From positions 25,560,628 through 25,624,627 of the forward strand of contig OZ037767.1 of assembly GCA_964035545.1 (NCBI GenBank): a stretch of 64,000 nucleotides of DNA. Reading direction: 5' to 3'. This DNA comes from Bugula neritina (taxonomy: Eukaryota > Animalia > Bryozoa). Position numbers and translations under genes: made by a program. This document shows, piece by piece, positions 1 through 11,040 of this stretch. Every line of letters begins with the position of its first letter. The first letter of the stretch is position 1. The notes under the pieces are model-generated. The model saw nothing but the letters and a program-made list of their open reading frames with translations. It made no database searches and was not told the DNA's origin.

Positions 1-1551
1 TGTAACTCCTTATAGTTTGTACTCTATATTATTCTATATTTAAATTCTACCAAGTATACAGTACGTATAACAGGAGCTGAGAATGTTCATTTCAAATGTC
101 TTGATTTATTATAACATTATAATATAGTGAATGCAGTTCGTCACAGCTAATCCTGGGCTCTATATGCCAAAACAAACCAATCAGCAATACATTCTTATCT
201 TTTTGTCTCCAGAGGTAAACCAGAAATGTCAAACGATTTGTTATTTGCTAATGAATTCACAAGACCTTATCTAATTGGAATCAATATAATATTACATCAT
301 TAAATTCAATCATTTTATTAAATGAATATTAATCTCTTGCACCTACATATGACAAAGCTATACACACCCAGTATGTTCACCAACCACAGTGACTGTTCCA
401 CCTCTTTCTCCTCATAATGTAGTATCAGATATAAAACTAATCTACCATTTGGGTATTCGCCAGCATCTACCCAACATATGAATGTTAAGATTTTATAGGC
501 AATTGTAAAACTGCAAATTTTACTCCATATTATGGGGAACCTTAAAATAACAATACGCAGTATGCTAAACACTTAATTCGTTTAGTGTTCCCCTTCTGGG
601 AAGATTGCCTATAAGATGCTATTTAGAACTATAAGAATATTATAATGGCTAGCATGTGAATGGTTGCTGTCACCTAGCCATTCAGATTTCAGCGCCTTAC
701 ATGGTCTAGTATAATTTTGATAATATTATGTAAATGACTTTTATTCTAAATAGCAGATCAATTTTTTGAACCTGAATATAAAATATTAGGCTGGATTGAA
801 TGAGTAAGTATTTAGTTTCTAATGAAGCAAAATGTGTAGATAAAATCCCATTTAGGACTGTTACTAAAGTTTGTTGACATAAAGCTGTATAAATATAAAC
901 TCTGAGGCATGAGCTTCTATCCCAGAGATAGCTTTCTAATTCAATGAAAATAGTAGAGACTTGGTTCAGAGAAATGATTTTCTATGATTTGGTTTGTAAT
1001 CTGTGCGTTTAGAAGGAAACATGCCAATGGTTTAACATTACATCTGATGCCATGCCGTCACTTGCTGTTGCTTGTATTATATTCTTGACAATTAGATTTT
1101 CAGCGTACTTAATCTGAGAATAATCTCTTTGGTTTGTCAGTTGGTATCTCTTGCTTAGAAGGACGCTGATGTCATACGGTCATAAAAAATAGTTTAATCA
1201 TTTGTTTTTAAACAAATCCTACACTCTAAATACCAGATTACTGACATAAAGTGACTGAGTCAAATTGCAAGAATATTAGTATTGTGGATTAGACTAGGAA
1301 AACATGAACCTATAACCAAAGTGTGTCAAGTCAAGCAGTTTTGCTAATGTACTTGCTCCTTAACTGCCTCAGGGCATGCAATATGCATAACAACTTTCTG
1401 ATAGCCCTATATTCTGACTTACAATGCAAGTGCCCAGACCACCCCCCCCCCTCCTCTTTTTATTACAGTTTTAGTTGTAAGACAACTTTTTGTGTAGCTG
1501 CATGCTGCAACTGTATAAATTATAATTCTTTCTTAAACTTATTAATATAGT

Positions 1552-4393
1552 ATGAGAAACATTAATATAATATTTTACCTATCAAATGTAAGCAAGCATA
1601 GTTTATTACAATGCCCAATTTAAAAGCTATTTGCTCAACTAATTGTCAAAGTTATTCGTCTAACAGTTTCATTGTTGTTGGTGCAACTTACAGACAATAA
1701 CCAGGCGTTCCAAAAGGCAGCTAAGCTTCCCAAACTTCATCACAACATCTCATCCTGATTCAGATTATGGCCTCAAACAGTCTTTATGGCCCTCCCCCTT
1801 CCCAGGTACCCCTGTTTATTATATAGTAAGGTTGTGCTGTAATATAAAAATCTATTTATTGTAGCTTACGAAGGTATTATATACACGACCTCTAGAATCT
1901 TTTAATTTATTTAATTGTAATGGATTTTACAAGATAAATTATAATATATTTCTGATCTATTTGTGCAGATCTCAATAGCTCACCTGTAGACGATGTCTCC
2001 CCCTTGCGGTCATTTGGATTAGAAGGGTTTACAAGTATTTTAACAGGTGAGAAAGACCATGTGCTGTGTATCTATGCTGAGGTTTTTTCATTACAAGAAA
2101 CTACTTTTTGTGTGGGGATAAATTCCTTTGTTACACTTACTTTCCAAAACCTAAAATGTTCTCAGCTCTGTAAGTCTAAGGTCATGAACAGTGAAGCAAG
2201 GTTTATGCAGGAGAGATGACTCCTTATGCTGCATACTGCTAGGTATAAGTTGACTTTTAATAAACAGCCTAAGGTTCTTACTTGCAGGAAGTACATATAT
2301 TCGGTGGGGAAGAGTATCGTGCCCACAGATGTCTTCACTTGTGTACAGTGGTGAGTATCAGAAAAGGTGAAGGACTTCTTAGTTTGGATTTTGCAGAATG
2401 TTATTTTTAAGTTGTGTTCTCTTGACTCTCTACTCGTTATATAACTAATTTAGCCTTTTATCCTGGGGAATTTTGTACCATAATATAAGTTCAAATTTTA
2501 TGAAATAAAAAACATTGACTTGCAGCTTTTTTCAACACTATTTTGGTCACACTTGTGAACTATTACAGAAAATGGTTATAAACATAATATAGTAAATAAC
2601 ATAAGTTTCAATTTATCTTTATAAATATCTATTTTATTTAAAGAATATAGCCCTCATATTTACTAATACTTGGTGGAAAACACTAATAAAATTTAGTATA
2701 TGTTTTAGTCTTACATAAATCAGTATTCCACACATAATGGTAATAGCAAAACAAAATAGACTGGCTTGGCTAAACTATTATTTTAAGTCTCCATTTCTTT
2801 GCTTCTTTTAAAAAAATTTACATCTAAACAAAAAGTAGTTGTAAAAATTTCAAGAAATATATATCAAAGCCAATAAAATCAAAGAAATAAATAAAATCTT
2901 ATTGCATGTTTCCGTTATATAAGTCATCACAACTTAAAAAATTAAAAACAAAATCGCTATGCTTTTCAAATTAAGAGTGCATGATAATACAAAAAAAAAC
3001 TGATTACAATAACCAATTGTCAAACTTCTTTATATACTAATGAACACATAAATTATAATAATTTGTTGAAGGGTACATCAGTGGCCCCATCTCTAGTAGA
3101 TATAGTACAAGTGGAACAGATCTACAGTGTATACCAAAAGACTACGATCACATCACTGGGAGCCCTCATGACATGAATGATCAGATAACTCCCAACAGTA
3201 CCAACACAATACTAGCTACAGCTACATTTGATCATAGAGAGAACAAGGATCTGAGAAACCGAGAAATAGCCTGTGCACTCTGTTTAATACACAAATCCTC
3301 TCAGGTGAAGTAGCGAATATATAGTGACCATTGCAAAAAAAAGTGCTATAAATAGCCTAATGAGCAATAAATCAAAATATACAATATATAGATTAAAATA
3401 ATAAATATCGATATAAGTTTTAATTTCTATGTAGAGGCTGCTGAATAATTTTATACATTTATTGAGTAATAATAATAAGAGTTAGAAAGAGTTGATAAAT
3501 CAGTTAAATAGGTGAATTGTCACTTCCAAGTAATTGTGGGAAAGTAACTCCTACTTTTTCAAAACAATACTTCAACAATAGCAAATGCTGTCAATGAGGC
3601 TTATTATTGAATACACCATGAATATTCTAAGCAAATTTTATACACTTATTATTACACTTATATGTGTAACTTTATCAATGTCATGCAAATGTAATATTTT
3701 TACCATTGCTGTATCCTAAAACAAACTAGCGCAAGTTTATAGTCGCTATCCCTGCAAAAAGTCCCTAATTGGAAAGGGTTCTTCGAAAGCAGGCTTAGGA
3801 CTTACTTATATGTGGTACAAGAGAGATTATGATTAGATGCTCGATCTTCCTAACATCACCAATAACCTTTACGGGGGTTCGAACCCATGACTTCATGTTT
3901 AATAAGCCATCGCTCTAACTTCTAGACCCCAAACATCTATTCCTTATTGCTGCATCCTAAACAACACTTGAAATAATATATTTTAAAGTCTAAACTTTTT
4001 CTAGATACACAAAAATTGGCAAGCTTTATACTATATTATTGATATCATTTGAATATTAAATATCTACTGCTGAAATTAGAATATCACCACAAATTTTGTA
4101 TCAAAATGTTGTAGATTATGATACCAAATGGAAAACACTGCCCTTCTGATTGGATAAAAGAATACGATGGGTGGCTAATGACATCATCTGGTTCAAAAAG
4201 GGACAAAGCTTTATCAAGTCACATATGTATAGATAGAGTGACTACAGTGAGGGACGTGCTCAGTGAATTCACACCGTCTCTTCGGCTTTCTCGTATACAA
4301 CAAGGAACTTGTGTTATTGGTTCAAGTGTTAACAATTGCAGAACTTTTGAAAATTTAAGAAATGTGCCCTGTGTTGTGTGCTCAACAACATAA
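1552..4393 (+). CDS. Secreted short-chain collagen C4-like (spongin/collagen IV NC1-related) protein, about 275 aa, no Gly-X-Y helix
   Basis: Exons 1552-1587, 1667-1805, 1969-2046, 2288-2350, 3072-3304, 4115-4393 are all GT-AG with compatible phases. The translation contains GSTYIRWGRVSCP...LVYSGYISG...QCIP...IACALC...IMIPNGKHCPSDWIKEYDGWLM...HICID...VPCVVCS, the motif order of invertebrate short-chain-collagen-C4-like domains. The N-terminus MRNINIIFYLSNFHCCWC resembles a signal peptide and is followed by a furin-type site (RRSKR). The first exon is the least certain. Confidence 0.8.
3725..3945 (-). mobile_element. tRNA-derived SINE-like insertion with target-site duplication
   Basis: The minus strand of about 3872-3930 reads GGGGTCTAGAAGTTAGAGCGATGGCTTATTAAACATGAAGTCATGGGTTCGAACCCCC, a degenerate A box plus a clear pol III B box (GGTTCGAACCC). 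It is flanked by near-identical direct repeats attgctgtatcctaaaacaa (3705-3724) and attgctgcatcctaaacaa (3946-3964). Confidence 0.6.
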
Positions 4394-5476
4394 TACCATT
4401 GTAGTATTTATATATTTTTGTAAAAAATGGAGAGGGAAGACAACTTAAAACTATGCATTTGCTTATTCGACAGCTTGCTTGATAGCTGGCAATGAATACA
4501 AATTTGAAAAACAAATATTGGGAGATTCCTAATATAACTTTGCACAACTATAGTTAAAAAGGTTCCTGTAGAGTTTTTAAAATTTAAGTTATATTTTATT
4601 TAAATACGCAACATACACAGTATGGTATATTATTATATAACTTAGAATGGAATTATTTTAAAGCAACAAAGTTGCAAATTATAAAACTTTATTGAGACTT
4701 CTGAGAGACTAAGAAGTGGTTTAACAAACCACTGAAACTATTTAAATTAAATGACTAAACGCGATTGATTACACGCCCAGGTCTAGAAAATACTGACATT
4801 AATTACAGATTACTTGTGCTGGTGTCAGAATAGCAAGATGAACTGCAGAGATGCACTTAGTAAGCTGGTTAACTGATGGTGCATGAGTGAAAGCCAAATA
4901 ATTATATTTGTTGGAGCAAATCAGAGCTCAAGAAGTGGTGGAATAGTTTTATATAATATTTATTGAGTGGGACTGAATAATGAAAGTAGGAAAGATTAAA
5001 AAATACAGATGAAAATTATTGTTATCAACACCTTTAAAAATATGGCGCTGCAACAATTTCAAATATTTGACATCTGTATACACTATAAAATACAAAAAAT
5101 AGCTGAGTCCGACTGTAAGAATATGACATACTTGGTCCATGAAAAAATACCATAAGTGAAAATACTAATGATTTGGCATTTGGAAGAAAAAGAGGTAAAC
5201 TGGGATATACTGAAATTGCATACATTGGAACTTCTCCAGCAAAGATATAGAGGGAGTATTGGTCCACTTCTACATGAATATAATATGCAAACCGACTATT
5301 AGCACCGCATATAGTACAACATTGTATTGGAAAATCCCAGAGTAACTAATACTGCACACTTATAGTAGACCAACTGTCTAAAGAAATCAATATAAACAAA
5401 ACATCTCAACAAAATGAGAAAGAAAGGGTACTACAAAAATGCGCCGACAATGATAAGTAAATTGATAAATCTCAGT

Positions 5477-8400
5477 TTATGATGTTGGAGAATGTGAGTT
5501 GTCTGTGGTGGTTGGGTGGGTAGGCATGGATGAAGTATTGGTACGAAATATACGAGAGGCGAGTGCTGGAATGTATCTCGTACGTCTACCAGAGACAATG
5601 GGAACTTGATCTGACGACTATAATATAATAATATTAACAAGTTACTTCACAAAATTAACATATAAGTCAACAATAAAGCATAGAAAACAATATAAAAGAA
5701 AAATGATTTATATCTATCAATTATATTCTATGAACAGAACTCAATGTACTCGTGGCTAAGACAAAGTATTTTATAATTTAGTACATCTAATTATGTGACT
5801 CACTAGGGTTTATAACACAGTGTATAAAATAACACAATAATAATAATATAGTATTACTATAGTATTACTATAGTAACTATAGTGATACTATAGTAATACT
5901 ATAGTATCACTATAGTATTATTATAGTATTACTATAATAATACTATAGTGATACTATAATAATACTATAGTATCACTATAGTATTATTATAGTAATACTA
6001 TAATAATACTATAGTATTACTATAATAATACTATAATAATACTATAGTATTATTATAGTATTACTATAGTAACTATAATAATACTATAGTGATACTATAG
6101 TATTATTATAGTAATACTATAGTATTACTATAGTAAAATGAAAACACTGGTTTTAACCATCATTAGCATCCTAATATCTTACAGCTTAAGGTAGGCTGAG
6201 GGACTCTAATACTGATGACAATTTCTCATATAGCCATTAAATCACGAAAATAAAACAAACAAAAACGCATTGCCTGTAAAAGGGCTCGAATCCCCCCCCC
6301 CCCCCCGTATATAAAACTTGCTGCTTGAAGTAGAGAAATTGAGTTGTGTAATAAAAATGTCTAAGTATCACCATAAGGACAGAATATCTTATGTGTAATC
6401 TATTATTCAACTTGTTGCTCAAATAAAGAAAGATGGGGAATACTAATAAAAGAGTCGACATTTACCTGAATGCTTCCAGAATCGTCTTCTTCCGCCATAT
6501 TAGTAGTTCCCACAGGCTCGAGTGCAAGTAGCATTGCCCATATTGGTAACGCAAACTTTACAACCTACACACAACACAAGTGTTCACTCAAAAACGTGAG
6601 ATATTATTTCAAACAGAGAAGATGGCAGATGATTTTTTATGTTATTGGAGTAGAGTGACAAAAGGTCCAACATTAGACATCAATGAATACACATTCAGCA
6701 ATACAATTCCGTAAGTGTTGAATAATAATAATGCCAATAATAAAGTTACACAATAATACTATACAGTATACAATATCAGGACATAATGTAGAATGTATAA
6801 ATGAGTTCAATAGAATGTGCTAGAACACTGACCCTAAAGGAAGATAAGAGACATACTAGATGGTGACTGACCATGAATACTGTGAATATAGAGCTGTAGA
6901 CCAGCTGGTTAAAGTTGAATATCCTGCCACAGTTCTGATACTGAGACCCCACTGCTATCATAGTCAGGTCATAAGTAAAGGCCACAATAGCGGTTATCTG
7001 TAGAAAATAAATCAAATAGTAGTTATCTGTAGAAAATAAATCAAACAGTGGTTATCTGTGAAAAATAGATTAAACTGGTTATTTGTAGAAAACAAATCCG
7101 CCACGTGGTGAAAGGTGACCATTTGTAGAAAATAAATCAAATAGCTGCTATATGTAGAAAATAAATGTGACCAACATCAAACAGTGTTTATCTACTAAAG
7201 AAGCACATGCTGCACAACTGGTTTAATTATTTCACCAACAAAATGGGTCAGAAACTAAAATTGTTATTTATTTTGCAAAATATTATTATCCGTATCTCGA
7301 ACACGTTGAGCCAGACATTTGTGAGGTCAACTTCATTGCACAACAAAATAAATTGGTCTGGTGTTCTGGAGCATATAACACACTTAAGTATATAGCACAC
7401 TTACAACTATCACAGCTACTTCACTACTTAATTTACGGAGCACTTCAACTACTGACTAGTAATTCTAGTAATTATATTCTCACCTATCTCTGCTCTGTCC
7501 TATTCGGGTAGCGGGTGATAATGATATAGTAATAATATTATATAGAATTACATATTAGCAATACTTACTTCAAACACGGTAACCAGACCCCAGAGTTTTC
7601 TTTTCTGAGACGTTCTGACCGACTGCACTGTACTGATTCTGTCCAAACGCTTTGAGATGAAAAATCCGGAGAGGAGAAACATCTGAGCTATAAATAACTC
7701 GGCGCTGGACATCATCACCCAAACAAATGCTGAAAACCCAAATACCACAGTTTTAATGTTTCGTTTTAATAATGCCAGAAAAAGTTGAAACAATATTAAA
7801 AACAGTACAAGGTATAAAAGAAGTGACGCGCCCCGAATTATCTGGTAATAAGTGATGGACACTCACCTAGGCACGCGTCTGTATAGTCATTGACATAGGC
7901 TATGCCTAGACCCAGAGTGACAGTGCAGTATATCAGACCAATCACCAGGCCTGGCAGCAGACAGAATACGCTAAGTTTCTCTCTCCGAATAGCCCGATAG
8001 GCGCGGGTCCAGAAGAAGTGCGTGACGACGAGATAGCTGAGCTGCTTGAACCACTGAGCTACAAAGTCTAGCTGTGCGTAGTCTCCAAGTAACCAATGTA
8101 CTGTACTGTAACATTGCAAGTAACCAATGAGCTATATTGAAACAGCGAAACTAGCCAATGAGCTGCACTGTAACAGTGCAAGTAAGCAATAAGATGTACT
8201 CTAACAGCGTAAGTAACCAATGAGGTGGAACATACTAAGTAAACACAAACTTCTGGACTAAAACAATATTAAACAGCTTTGAGTATAGGTTCAATGTTTA
8301 CATTTTGTGAAGGACATCAGTTTTGCCAAGAGGATATTTATTTGCAGAGTTAGTGGCAGGTTTAACAAAACTCTTTCCATCAAAGCTTTTTTAGTGGCAG

Positions 8401-9292
8401 GTTGTCATGTACCCCCCCCCCCCCCCATTATAAAGAGAATTGGATAGACACAGACTAAGGTGTACACTGACCATAGCACACAGGATATAACGGAGCTGTA
8501 GAATACGAGATAATGGTGATAGGCCTGGTGTCTGACCGAATGCAGCTTGTAGATCCTCTGTACGCAGAATAGGCCAGTTATTAATATCACTGCGGACATC
8601 AACGCATACCTGCAGCACACAAGTATCCTCAGATAATACTAACAGAGAACTACCTACAGCTGTGTGCTAGAAAATTATAGATTTTGATTTGATAAATGTT
8701 TGAAAACAAGTTGCCCCATTCCACACATTTGTACTTCAACCCAGTATTTAATGCTAAATATAAAAGGAAGCAACGGGGTGCACATGTACAAGTAGCTTAC
8801 ACTCATGGTGAGATAATTACAGTTTAAATGTTAAAATTAGACAGTATAAACAGAAAACACTTAGAAACATATTGACAAATATATCAAGAAGCCATAATTA
8901 TTATTATTACTATTCTCCATGTATTTTTATTTATTAGGGTAAACAATCGGAAATATAAGAATCACACACTAAAACTTTGAAACATACAGATTTGATAAAA
9001 AAATGCATTCTAATATATGCAAACTCATATTTCTATTCATAATAAAATAATTACTCTACAGTGGTAGGACATTACTTACTAAGTTACATACAACAATTTA
9101 ATACCTAACTAAATCATTGTGGCACATATTGAAGTAGACTGTAACTGGTAATTGAAGCTCTAGTATGATTTACCTGATGCATGCTATAATACTGAAAGGA
9201 TCCTGAAAACAACCTGCTTTCACTATGTCTTCAGTTGTATTGCTACGCTGTGTGAGCGTTGTCACTTGCTGATATGCTATTGGTGATGCCAT
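5477..9292 (-). CDS. Orphan 7-transmembrane protein, about 340 aa (GPR137/TOM1-THH1-like architecture suspected)
   Basis: Exons 9292-9174, 8609-8472, 8105-7867, 7729-7569, 6997-6872, 6564-6466, 5617-5477 are all GT-AG with consistent phases (1023 nt). Seven hydrophobic segments include YALMSAVILITGLFCV, YLVFYSSVISCVLCTVHWLL, LSVFCLLPGLVIGLIYCTVTLGLGIAYV, FVWVMMSSAELFIAQMFLLSGFFI and VYSSIFTVFMVVKFALPIWAMLL. There is an N-terminal NTT sequon and a Ser/Thr-rich tail. A probable non-coding exon ends at 9564. Confidence 0.8.
5848..6135. repeat. 11-bp minisatellite (TATAGTATTAC/TATAGTAATAC) built on the palindrome ACTATAGT
   Basis: Directly visible tandem array in the last intron of the 7TM gene. 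Confidence 0.9.
6986..7170. repeat. About 29-bp tandem repeat containing the 3' splice site of a 7TM exon
   Basis: The unit gttatctgtagaaaataaatcaaa starts at 6993, 7022, 7051 and 7078, with two more degenerate copies after 7121. The first copy spans the 6997/6998 junction. Confidence 0.85.
8086..8225. repeat. 31-bp tandem repeat containing the 3' splice site of a 7TM exon
   Basis: The unit caagtaaccaatgtactgtactgtaacattg starts at 8086, 8117, 8148 and 8179, with a partial copy at 8210. The first copy spans the 8105/8106 junction. Confidence 0.85.
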
Positions 9293-10259
9293 GACAGCTT
9301 ATTGCACTCCTTTAGCTACATTCCTGTATAAATCAGAACTTCAAATATGAATTAAATCACTACTTTTCATAAAAGGTGATAATGAATACAAGTTAACAAT
9401 AAACTTATATCTAAACATGAGAATAGAGCAGCTGAGCCCACTCAGCACTACAATTCAATCTTGTTTATGTAATACAGCAGATGTAATTGTATCACGTAAA
9501 CAAAAGTGACAGGTTTACATACAATTACGTTTGGCTTTCTTTTATCTTAGTACACAGAGCTACCTGTTGAATATGTTGACATACAAATTATTGTATGTTA
9601 TTAAACACTACAACTCTGCACCTCGAGATCATCACAAGTAACTGTAAGTCTTATTGCCGAAAAGTCTAAAATCGACCTTGACAAAAAACTGTCATAAGAC
9701 AGAAGTAGACCAGAAACATGTTTGGTCATTATGTGTGATAGCAATGGACAAGTTGCTAGTGTAGAAAATGTGCTATAAATATCTGGATATAAACTGAAAT
9801 TGTATCAATAAGCTGAAAGAACTAGCAGATAGTCTTAGGGCTCAGAGGTATTAGATTTGAGTTCTCATCAAGCCTTTGGTATGCTTTGAAGTCATCTAAA
9901 AGTTAATATGAGTTTTAGTGTCTTTTCTTAATCAACACCTAATTGTATAAATGTCTTGCACATCCCAAGCTTGACAGAAATACTGCGCTAACTAGCGTGA
10001 AGTCAGTCAAGAATTTAACCTTTTACAGGAACATCGCATAAATTTTGAGCATAACATTATATAATTAATTGTAGCGAGTGCTTTGAACTTAAAGTCAAAA
10101 AACTTGGGAAATCAAGCAAAATTAAGAACCTTGATTATTTAGGTACATTTATTAATATTTTACTAGTTTTGGGCAAAATCCATGATCATTAGCAGCTAAA
10201 TTGTAAAAAATAGCTAAAAACTGGAGATTTCCAGTGTGTACTAAATTAAGTAAAATGAC

Positions 10260-11040
10260 ACTAATACTAACGGTAATAGTTTCAGTAATAGTAAATGTAA
10301 TACCAAGTCTAATAATCAAAATAATACTATTATTATGAATATAATTATAAATAATATTATTACTGTAACACTAACTGTAGGTGTAAGTGCATTATTACTA
10401 GTATTACTACCACTATTTGTATTAGTATAAGATTTACTTTTAGTATAACTATTACAGTCTTATACTAATACTAATAGTAATACTAATATTAATACAAAAT
10501 CAAATAGTAATACTTTAATACTTACACTAATATTACTACTACTAGTACTAGTACTCTACAACCACTAGTAATACTAATAGTAGCAGCAGCAGCAGTAGTA
10601 GCAGACGTAGTAGTAGTAGCAGTAGTAGTAGGGGCCTACCAGTTAAGTATTACATTTACTGTATACTATTAGTTTAAGTATAAATCTATTACTATTACTT
10701 ATACTTATAGTATTACTATTACTATTAGTAATACTAATAGTAATACCAATACTAATAGTTATAGTATTACTTATACTATTAATAGTAGTATTACTATTAC
10801 TTATTTACTGTATTAGTATTATATTTACTTAATTATTTACTATTACTATTAGTATTAGTATTACGATTACTATTAGCATTACCATTACTATTACTAATAA
10901 CTATTATTAATATTTAGATACAACGCTAACAGCTAATATTATTATTATACTAATACTTATAGTAATAACTTATAGTTATTATAATTCTCTTAGTCTTACA
11001 GTTACTATTAGTATTACTACTAGTATATTAATAGTTTAAC
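10260..11040. repeat. Low-complexity (TAC/TAA/TAG)n-derived region
   Basis: Degenerate trinucleotide runs (actact, agtagt, attact) between the divergently oriented 7TM and FoxJ2/3 genes. Confidence 0.75.

Noticed and set aside
318-1550. Short ORFs at the start of the window
   Set aside because: No recognisable domain or coherent splice structure.
3872-3930. Functional tRNA gene
   Set aside because: The acceptor stem and anticodon arm do not form properly, and the sequence is embedded in a TSD-flanked insertion.
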